Of a stretch of 64,000 nucleotides of DNA, positions 28,901-40,900 are shown in pieces. The stretch comes from Antedon mediterranea (lineage: Eukaryota > Animalia > Echinodermata). The notes below the pieces were generated by a model, which did no database searches, had not been told where the DNA came from, and was given only the letters and a program-made list of their open reading frames with translations. Location: positions 40,226,388-40,290,387 of the forward strand of contig NC_092670.1 of assembly GCF_964355755.1 (NCBI RefSeq), written 5' to 3'. The translations under genes were made by a program, and so were the position numbers. Numbering within the stretch: the stretch's first letter is position 1; every line of letters begins with the position of its first letter.

Positions 28901-31900
28901 TCCTGAAGACGATCAAAGCATATTGATCGAAACGCCGAGAAACTCAACAGTTCTTATCAGAATTACGAGGTGTACCGCAAACTTTATATTAATATAGTTT
29001 AAACAACTTACTTTAAAACATTGTCCATCTCCACATCCACTGACAAATAGTAATGAGGAATTGATTGTTTAGACTCTAACAACCGCTTTGCTATTGTCTG
29101 CAGGTATAAAGTAAAATAAAAGATATATATTAATTTTCAAAATCACTCTCACTGTGTGGCCCAAACTCCCTGGTTTTCTAATTATTGTTATAATTAATGT
29201 TTCAACCTGGTACAGTAGGTACAGTATAAATGGAGAAATGGTTGGATCGGCATGTGATTTATAATTTATATTATATATATATACAAGGTAAGGTGCAGTA
29301 GGATCTTTTTAGTTTATGGGGTGGGGTGGTTTAAAAAAAATTGTTTTTACTATTTTCTTTCTCTTTTTCTGCATATAGATAGATTTTTTTTAAAAATAAA
29401 TAATTCATGGAAGCACTAAATGTTACATTTATTATCATGAATTGCCTGTGGTTTAAATTAATAGACTGTGATAGAAACAAGGGAAACACTCAGTCCTAAA
29501 GTGCAACAAAAAATTTAAAATGTATAACCATTTGACATAGTGCCAGCATCATCATATCAATATACCATTGATTTCATACCTGGTAATCTAATTATGAAAG
29601 GTTAAGAAATGTTCTTAGCAATGGGAGAGGCCGAGAGCACTACCCCGCTGGGATAATAAAGGGAAATGGAGAAATGTGATGACGTCTTTAAAACATGGGC
29701 GAGTTGATTATAGATTGTAAACAAAACTTAAAGCATTGCCCTCTCTAAAAACCTAATAGCAATAAGAAAATGTAAAGCTCTGTCTACACTATCAAACTTT
29801 ATGTGACAAAAAATGTGATGTGCCCATATATAGACATGATGATGTCAAATCACTACCATATTTGGGCACAACACACTTTTTTTGTCAAACTAGTTTTGTC
29901 TATTGCCATAGAGTATATTTTTTTTTCAACGAATTAGACAATTGAACAATTAGAATAACATATGTGCTACGAGATCAAAATAATAAATAATAATAATAAA
30001 TGTTTTAAAATTGAGTTAGTTTGTTGTGATGAGTGAAGGAATTATATTATTATATTATTTCTTTCTTTTTGAAAAATAAAGGCGCAAAAAAAAGTGAATA
30101 TAAATATAAAACAATGAGTTAGGGTTACCCAAGTTCCATAAATAAATGTAGTTATTTTTAAGTGGTATACTTCCACTTTCTTTTTACTCGGGGTACCCGA
30201 GTCTAGGACTCTATCATCTTCTCCTCCATCCAACACTATTGAGTAAAAAGTGCGATTTATAAAGTACTACTCCTCCCTTATTCGTTGTAGTATTGAGCTG
30301 GGATTTGGCATGAATATACTACAGGGACATATCCTCAAAGCTATAGAGCCGGATTTTTAAATTTCAAACCGGATGCAGCCATATGAGGATGGTACCGTAT
30401 GGCCGTATTTGGTACCAAGGTTATTGATGTGTATGTGAAGTCACATCCCGTCTTATGACGTCATTACAGCTTCTTACGAGTATCGCACATTTATGCTTGT
30501 TTAAATTGGGTTAGTAGTTTAAATTGGAGTATTTGTGTGAAAGTAAGTAAAATACTTGTGAGTAGTCGAACACATGAGAGTGACCAAATGGACGAGAATG
30601 ACGACCAAACGGACAAGAGAGGCTTAACACACCCCTCCCCCCATATTAAAAAAAAAAATGAAATATTAATGTTGTATTGACCTTCAAGAATGTCACCTAT
30701 CAAACAATGACATTGTTATGCTCTTCTGTTAAAACACCATTTATCATTTTTACTATGAATTAATGTGTAATGTATAATGTTATTTTCTGAAGATTTTAAG
30801 AAAAATGTCATGTAGCATTTAATGAATTGCTATGGAAAAAAAATCATAAATGATGGATGGCTGATATAAAATTATATTTAGCATAAATAATTGATCATAA
30901 ATTGTTGTTTTATATTCCCATGTGTCTCATTCAGTATTGCTTTTTGCTACAACTATGGGACTTGATTATAATAGGTCTCATTTGGCCATAGTATTAGTAC
31001 TCCATTCACACTGCCATACACATTCTATAGTTTGACAGCAAACAAATGCAGGTCTGTGTTTAAAACTCCAATGTTTTTCTTTGCAGTTCAGTTGCATATA
31101 AATTTTGTTTTACATTTTTCATTAAGTTATATTTTACTCATCTTGTGTGATATCCATTGTGATAGCAGTGGTGCTGCTACACTGACAATGACATTAAACA
31201 AAGAAACTAAATTCAAGAAATAACAGTAGCTCTTGATGTGTTGCAATCAATCATTTTTCAAACGCAATCTCTTTGAATACCAACAAATTTTTACAAAAAC
31301 CATGGATTCACCATAAGAAGGAGGCCATGTGGAAAGGGGAAACAGTTCTAAAATAATAAAACATAAAGAGCTCATGAACCCCTTGCGCTTAGGGGTTCAT
31401 GGTCTAAGACCACGAAAGCTAAGACCCCCCCTAAGACCTAAGATCACGAAAGCTAAGACCCAAGAACTAAGATTACAAATATTTATCTTTCGCACCTGCC
31501 TTGTATTTTAACTCCCAACATTTATTCTGAACACCACACCTTAGAATTAGCACTATGAAAAAGAATCAAATAAAAAGTAACAAATACATTTTTAAATTGA
31601 TGATTTTACAGACGTTTTTCTCGCACACATACTGTTTGCGAATTTCGCATGACTAGCCTAACAGTACAGTTCCTACCCCATGTTCAATGTTTTTGTTTCT
31701 ATGGAACGTCAAAAGAGCAAAAATTATATAGAGGGCTGAAAACTCTGTGGAGTCCATCTACAGTGTGGATGGAACAATGTAAAATTAAAATTGTAATGAT
31801 AATAGTATAATCATGCTAGTACGAAGAAATAAATACTCGCAAATAAATTTTAATTTAAAAATCATGATAATAAGTTTTTTTGTTTCGTTTTCTTTCTGTT

Positions 31901-34900
31901 TTTATACTCGTACTATTATTGTTGCTCTTTTGGCGCTCCATAGAAACAAAAATATTGAGCATGGGGAGGAGTTACAGTATACAACGAAACACGTCTGTAG
32001 AAACATCAATTTAAAGGATTTATTTATTTGTTTTTATGTGTTTCTCCTTCTGAAAGTACTTATAAGTCCTAATTTTAAAGTGTGGTATTCAGGATAAAGT
32101 TAGTTCACAAATTTGGAGTCAAACTACAAGAAAGGCAGGTGCGAAAGAAAAACATCCTCTGAACCAACACAATGGAGTAAATATATACCAACAAATAACC
32201 CGTCATGTTTGTTTGTTGTAAAGAAAAAATATACATTTTACTCAACGGGCGAAAATAACGTGAGTTTATCTATGTTTTGCGGTAGTATTTAATTATATTT
32301 ATGGTAATAAATGAAACCTACTATGTTTACAATTATGTATGGATAAACAAGTATTGTTTTTAAGCTGTAGTATATCTTAGAATTTGTAATCTTAGTTCTT
32401 GGGTCTTAGCTTTCGTGATCTTAGGTCTTAGGGGGTCTTAGCTTTCGTGGTCTTAGGTTTCGTGACACCCCTTGCGCTTATTACACACCCACCTAAAATA
32501 AAATTAAGATCTGTCCTTGAAGATAAAGTGACTGTAGTGTAAATTAGATGAAACTGTCATTTAGTTTTAAATAATTATCAAATAAATTAAAGTTATAGAA
32601 TACCTTAATCGTTACCTAACATTGACACTAAAGTATATAATCATAATTTAAAATTGTGTAGGCTTATATTGATTTCCTCAAAACACTTTTACACGTTGTC
32701 TGACGTCAAGTCCGTGCCCTTGCTCCTACTATATGTTTCAACAATATATTCCAACTTAATCAATCTACCATTATCTACCTATTATCATAATGAATGAATC
32801 AATTTTAATTTTACCTAGTGATAAATGTCAATAAATTTTAACAAAAATTGTGATCTACTATTTTTGTTACAACATGTTTGTTTTCTTCTGTAACCTAGTT
32901 ACGATCTTAAAAATCATTCTGCGAACAAACAAATTATTTTTTACGTGACATGTAAAAAACTACTGAAATGTTCTATTTACTACTACAGATTTTGTTTATA
33001 GTAATATCTTTATGCATATACGTATGTGGAAAAACCAATATATTATATCTACCAACTCTCATGCATGAGGGACGATTTTTTGTGCCTAACGCATATGTGG
33101 CTATTTCTCACGCATCCATAAAAATATTCAGAAAAAAACATTTATTTTAAATTAACTTGCCTATTTTAAGAAAAAATAGCCTAGGACTTAACATAGATAG
33201 AGTATTTCGCGATTATTTGGAGAATAACACAGAGAGCGCTATATACAATTTAATTTAATGTCTCACGCATTGACCAATGAAAAAGTTGGCAGGTATACAA
33301 ATATTGTAAACGAACAAATTACGTTGAAAAACATATACAGTTAATACACTATTCTAAACAAACAAAGGTTGATTTAATAATTAGAAAGTTTATTTATGTG
33401 GAGAAAATAATGTGTCAAACAAACAAATGATGTGGAGATATAAAAATATAGCAAACAAACAAACAAATGATGTGTAGAAATTATTATAACAACAAATATT
33501 ATAACAAAATAAAACAAACAAATAAAATAAAATAAATGTTTTTTAGTGAAAGATTTAAACTTAAACACAGCGACTACGGTAATACTTCACATGAAAAAGC
33601 CACCAACACAAGCTAATTGTTGTTGTAATACGTCATTTATTTTTAAAGATTGTTTTATAAAATATGGGTTATTATTTGATGATAGTATTATAGTAACTGA
33701 AAACATAGGAACTAAATCCTGTGTGTTTATGGTTGCTAGACAGACAACAATTTGATATTTAGGGTTTTGTGTTTGTGTTTTATTACAAATGTTTTTGTTA
33801 TAAAATATACAAAATATCTCTAATCTCTACTAACTTTTTTTATTATAGAATAAAATAAACGATTATTCAAGCTAAACAAAAACATAAATTGTCGACATAA
33901 GTTGAGTTGAAACAAAATATGGAAATCATAATCATTTGTTTCCACTCAAATAATCTAATTTTCTAATCTAAAGTTACCTTTCTGATTCCTGATAGTGGAA
34001 TATCTGTATAGTCTGACGTGGTCACTGGTACTGGTGTAGGTTGAGCACCAATACCGACGGGTGCCTGGTCAGGTGAGTATGCATCTACATCAGCTTTAAC
34101 TATGCGACCACCAGGTCCGGTCCCTTGCACACCCTATAAATGTTGCGACCAAAAGAATAACAAATTATTAGAATAAATAATTAGGCAAAATTTGAGTTTA
34201 AGACTGTGTCATAATTAGCTGAAAATTTTAGTAAAAAAAAACATTTTTTTTATCAACCATGGATTTTGATTTTAATAAGCTAAAATTCCTTAAAGTAAAA
34301 CAGGGCCAGTGAGTCCATCTTAATCTATCAATCTAAAAATCTTTAATCCTCAGAAGAAAACAAACTTTGTGTACATCTTCCATTTCTTCTGTATTCTACC
34401 AGGATATATATATTTTTAATTTGTAATTTTAAATGGAAACATGGTAAAAAATGGTAAAACATGGTAGGCCTTGATTCATAAGATTTGGTAAAAAAGGAAA
34501 GCTAGTCCTACAAAAATAAATTACACCTTTGTGAATGGAAACAATGATGTCATATCACTACTATATTTGGGCATATCACTACCATATTAGGGCACATCAC
34601 ACTTTTTTGTCAAAACTAGTTTGATAGTGTAGACAGAGCTCAACAAAAACAAATTATATTTTTTTTAATGGATTGCTTATCCCATGTCCATACCTGCAAA
34701 TCAATGCCCATATCTGCAGCTAGTTTCTTCGCCAAGGGGCTAGCAATGACTCTACCCCCAGCTGAGGACGGTGGTGGTGGTGCTCTGACCGATGGAGTTG
34801 GTGGTAAAGGGGACACTGGTGTTGGTGGAGGTGGAGCCGGTGTAGCTGCAGCTACTGGTGGTGGAGGTGGTGATTCCTGAAATGGAATAAAACACAAATT

Positions 34901-37900
34901 GTAGTATAAAAAATATTGAATCATCATTGTTTTTTTACAGTACACACATTTAAAGCAAATATAGTCGCTATTACAAACATGAGAAATATGTTGGTATAAA
35001 GTTTGCCGCAGTACGTACAGTTCTGAAAAGAACTGTTGAGTTTCTTTACTTTTCAATAAATATATCATTCTCACTCCTGAGGACGATAAAAGTATATTGA
35101 TCGAAAAGTTCTTTTCAGAACCATGTCTGTGGTGTACCGCAAACTTTATACCAACATTTGATTTCGCCATGAAAACCATTATGTAGATATACGAGAAATA
35201 TATTTTTAATTAAGCTTTAGAATAAAAAAATTGACTTTAAAATATTTTGTTATTTATAACTCATTTATTTTGTATAATTTCATGTTTATAAATCAATCAA
35301 TACACAATGATGGCAAATGAGATATTAAATTGAAAAGTTTCATAATCATAAATTTTAAATGAAACATATAATAAATTATATAAATTCGGATAATAAATGA
35401 TTTAGGCCGGGTTAGTCTGGCAAATTTTGGATTGAATTTGTTTAAAAACTCATCCAAAACTTGAGGAATGCTAAATCATTTTCTATGACAAGATAATTAG
35501 TTTTAAAAATTCCGTAACTATGAATGTTTAAATTCAAATGCTCAAACAGTTGTAGTTTGTATCTTTATTATCAGTTTTCTGTTTTATATTTCTTTTTATT
35601 CATTTTATTATTATTATACTATTTGTTTGGGATTTAGACTGTTCTAAAGCTCTGTGTACACTAGTTTGACAAAAAAAAATGTGTGATATGCCCAAATATG
35701 GTAGTGATGTGCCCAAATATGGTAGTGATGTGCCCAAATATGGTAGTGATATGACATCATCATGTCCATATATGGGTACATCACATTTTTGTTGTCACAT
35801 AAAGTTTGATAGTGTAGACAGAGCTCAACTCTATAGTTTTCATTCTGTAGTGACCAAACTAATATTATTTATCCATTGTCATGTGATGCTTTTTTGTACA
35901 TTTTTTAAGATTGTGGAAATCGTTAACATCTAGCAATAGTGCTACTGTGTTTGCCATGGTTACTTACATCATAGAAACAAGTAATTAAGTAAATAATCAG
36001 GCTTCAAATATCACTAAATCAATATCACATACTTCATAAAAAAATTTAATAATTTTTTGTTAGAATTAAAATAAAATTTATATGATATAATCAATATAGA
36101 AATATAGACATTATAAAAGACTTGAAATATCATTAAAATATGTTTGACGTTTAAAACATTAAATTTGAAGGAAACCAGTCACAGATGATGAAATATAATT
36201 ATATCGCATCTAAAAATAGTTTTTACGATATTGATTAATATTGAATTATAAAATACATTAAATATTTCCATAAAAACAAATTAAAACAAACAAGGTTGCC
36301 ATGGCTTTCTCATAAAAATGTATTTCATATTATATAAACAAATATGAATAGATTTAAAGAAAAGTATGAAATTATATATTTTTAAATAATTTTTCTAGTT
36401 ATACATTTTAATTTGACAAATAAAGTACATTATTATATATCAATTAGAGTGGAGTTGTGGCTTGGTGGTTATGATGCTTGGCTTCCAATATAAGGGTCCT
36501 GGGTTTAAGTTCCGTCAAATTTCAGGATTTTTCTAAGGACAAATTACAACTCCACTCCCAAAGACTTGTAATAAGACTTTATGTAGAGCATCTTGTGTAT
36601 ATGTTTGTCTAGTGAAACTCTGACGGTCCCTAATGATCAGCAATTGCTGGATGGATCACCTTCATTAAATATGGTTTTTAAAAAAATAACAGAACAGAAA
36701 GTGCAATGATAAGAAACATGTGTGGTATTAAGATGGCAGGAAAGAAAGAAGGAGTTGATGTCTAGGTTGCTATGTGGAGTAGCTTGAGATTGATGATTCT
36801 GAGAAAAGATGAAGATGATCCAATAAAGAGAGCTTGGCATTCAGAAGTTGGAGGTAGAAGAGAAAGATGACAGTCAAAGGTGATGTAGAAAGATATGGTA
36901 AAGAAAGAAAGCCTTGGTTTGGAGGAACATGATGGGCAAGACAGAAAGAAGTGGAGAGATGGTGTAGCAGCCTGGAATGAGTGACAGTCAGTGACCCTAT
37001 GGAAGATGATGATGAAGGGTGAAAGTTTACATAATGAAAAAAAAAATTATACTAGGCCTAAACCTAAATTTACTTAGTGTATTATCATTTATACATGGGT
37101 AGAATAATTGAATCTTTATTGTTTTAATTTGAAGCATCAAGCAAGATATGAAGGACTCACAGTGAGTAACAATAAAGTAAATCACCTTATATAAATAATA
37201 CATACCTTAGGTTTTGATGGAGTTGTAGCGCCCTCTGTTACCATGACAGTATCAGCGTAATCTTTGAATGCTGCAACATCACCTTCATTTTCAGCTATTA
37301 TACAAAGAAGCTAAAAAAATGAAATAACTTACATAATATACTATTACTTAAACCATTTAAAAAGAGTGTTTTAAAAGTTCTTCAGTGAGCTGTGGAATGG
37401 ACATTATCATTCAAATACAAATATTAATGGTTTTTAGACATAAATGTAACACACACAAAAATTCAGTTTAAATGCTAAAATGTATTACAATCCTTTAGAC
37501 TCAATAATGTGTATGAACATAATAATAAGAGGCAATGTTACCCTGCCAATTGGAACATCTTTTGTACCCTCCTCTACAAGGACCCTTTAGACTCAATAAT
37601 GTGTATGAACATAATAATAAGAGGCAATGTTACCCTGCCAATTGGAACATCTTTTGTACCCTCCTCTACAAGGACCCTTTAGACTCAATAATGTGTATGA
37701 ACATAATAATAAGAGGCAATGTTACCCTTCCAATTGGAACATCTTTTGTACCCTCCTCTACAAAGACACTTTAGACTCAATAATGTGTATGAACATAATA
37801 ATAAGAGGCAATGTTACCCTTCCAATTGGAACATCTTTTGTACCCTCCTCTACAAGGACCCTTTAGACTCAATAATGTGTATGAACATAATAATAAGAGG

Positions 37901-40900
37901 CAATGTTACCCTGCCAATTGGAACATCTTTTGTACCCTCCTCTACAAGGACCCTTTAGACTCAATGTGTATGAACATAATAATAAGAGGTAATGTTACCC
38001 TGCCAATTGGAACATCTTTTGTACCCTCCTCTACAAGGACCCTTTAGACTCAATAATGTGTATGAACATAATAATAAGAGGCAATGTTACCCTGCCAATT
38101 GGAACATCTTTTGTACCCTCCTCTATAAAGACCCTTTAGACTCAATAATGTGTATGAACATAATAATAAGAGGCAATGTTACCCTGCCAATTGGAACATC
38201 TTTTGTACCCTCCTCTACAAGGACCCTTTAGACTCAATAATGTGTATGAACATAATAAGAGGCAATGTTACCCTGCCAATTGGAACATCTTTTGTACCCT
38301 CCTCTATAAAGACCCTTTAGACTCAATAATGTGTATGAACATAATAATAAGAGGCAATGTTACCCTGCCAATTGGAACATCTTTTGTACCCTCCTCTTCA
38401 AGGACCCTTTAGACTCAATAATGTGTATGAACATAATAATAAGAGGTAATGTTACCCTTCCAATTGGAACATCTTTTGTACCCTCCTCTACAAAGACACT
38501 TTAGACTCAATAATGTGTATGAACATAATAATAATAGGCAATGTTACCCTGCCAATTGGAACATCTTTTGTACCCTCCTCTATAAAGACCCTTTAGACTC
38601 AATAATGTGTATGAACATAATAATAAGAGGTAATGTTACCCTGCCAATTGGAACATCTTTTGTACCCTCCTCTACAAGGACCCTTTAGACTCAATAATGT
38701 GTATGAACATAATAATAAGAGGCAATGTTACCCTTCCAATTGGAACATCTTTTGTACCCTCCTCTATAAAGACCCTTTAGACTCAATAATGTGTATGAAC
38801 ATAATAATAGGCAATGTTACCCTGCCAATTGGAACATCTTTTGTACCCTCCTCTACAAGGACCCTTTAGACTCTATAATGTGTATGAACATAATAATAAG
38901 AGGCAATGTTACCCTTCCAATTGGAACATCTTTTGTACCCTCCTCTATAAAGACCCTTTAGACTCAATAATGTGTATGAACATAATAATAAGAGGTAATG
39001 TTACCCTTCCAATTGGAACATCTTTTGTACCCTCCTCTACAAGGACCCTTTAGACTCAATAATGTGTATGAACATAATAATAAGAGGCAATGTTACCCTT
39101 CCAATTGGAACATCTTTTGTACCCTCCTCTATAAAGACCCTTTAGACTCAATAATGTGTATGAACATAATAATAAGAGGCAATGTTACCCTGCCAATTGG
39201 AACATCTTTTGTACCCTCCTCTACAAAGACACTTTAGACTCAATAATGTGTATGAACATAATAAGAGGCAATGTTACCCTGCCAATTGGAACATCTTTTG
39301 TACCCTCCTCTACAAAGACACTTTAGACTCAATAATGTGTATGAACATAATAAGAGGCAATGTTACCCTGCCAATTGGAACATCTTTTGTACCCTCCTCT
39401 ACAAAGACACTTTAGACTCAATAATGTGTATGAACATAATAATAAGAGGCAATGTTACCCTGCCAATTGGAACATCTTTTGTACCCTCCTCTACAAAGAC
39501 ACTTTAGACTCAATAATGTGTATGAACATAATAAGAGGCAATGTTACCCTGCCAATTGGAACATCTTTTGTACCCTCCTCTACAAAGACACTTTAGACTC
39601 AATAATGTGTATGAACATAATAAGAGGCAATGTTACCCTGCCAATTGGAACATCTTTTGTACCCTCCTCTACAAAGACACTTTAGACTCAATAATGTGTA
39701 TGAACATAATAATAAGAGGCAATGTTACCCTGCCAATTGGAACATCTTTTGTACCCTCCTCTACAAAGACACTTTAGACTCAATAATGTGTATGAACATA
39801 ATAAGAGGCAATGTTACCCTGCCAATTGGAACATCTTTTGTACCCTCCTCTACAAAGACACTTTAGACTCAATAATGTGTATGAACATAATAAGAGGCAA
39901 TGTTACCCTGCCAATTGGAACATCTTTTGTACCCTCCTCTACAAAGACACTTTAGACTCAATAATGTGTATGAACATAATAATAAGAGGCAATGTTACCC
40001 TGCCAATTGGAACATCTTTTGTACCCTCCTCTACAAAGACCTTTGCTAAAAATCCTTCCTCACTGGACTCAACTCCCATTGTTGCTTTGTCTGTCTCAAT
40101 CTCACATAATACATCACCTTCATTGATAGAGTCACCAACCTAAAATGACATTATTATTGAAAATTAAACATTTTTTACGGAAATTCATTCACTCAGTGTA
40201 TATATTCATAATGCTAACTTTGACCGATGATTCCTTGGGCAATCCCTTATACTTTAAGGTTGTTTGTTTGTACCCACTCTATATTGTTGTTTTACTTGTT
40301 TAGCACCAGAATGCTAATAAATGATTCCATGTGAAATACCTCATGCTTTAATATATCTGTGTATTTATTTTTGTCATTGTTGTTTGTTTTAACTGCTGTA
40401 TATATTCAATTCAATTTATTTTTATTTCGGAAAAATTTCATTCATATCAACAAACTTACAAACAAACATAGAAAATATGCAAACTCTAAGCTGAAATATA
40501 TAGGATACTTTATTACTTGTTCCAGCATCAGGATAAAGAATTAAATATATAGGATACTTTATTACTTGTTCCAGCATCAGGATAAAGAATTAAATATATA
40601 GGATACTTTATTACTTGTTCCAGCATCAGGATAAAGAATTAAATATATAGGATACTTTATTACTTATTCCAGCATCAGGATAAAGAATTTTACTTTTTTA
40701 TTCTTCCAAAAGTGACAAAAAATGCATATAAACATGGAGCTAAGCTATCTATGCACATTCTGTGTGGTAAAAAAGTGAAAGAAAAAAAGTTTCACATCAT
40801 TAAAATCCCTAGAGGGCAGCAAACAGTTAATTCATCAATTCAGGATTGAATAATAAAACTATTTATTATGTATAAAAAGTGTTCCTTTATTCCCTCCGGT

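Noticed and set aside
37535-40143. Series of 77-110-aa plus-strand ORFs
   Set aside because: Antisense translations of the exon-derived 89/92-bp array.
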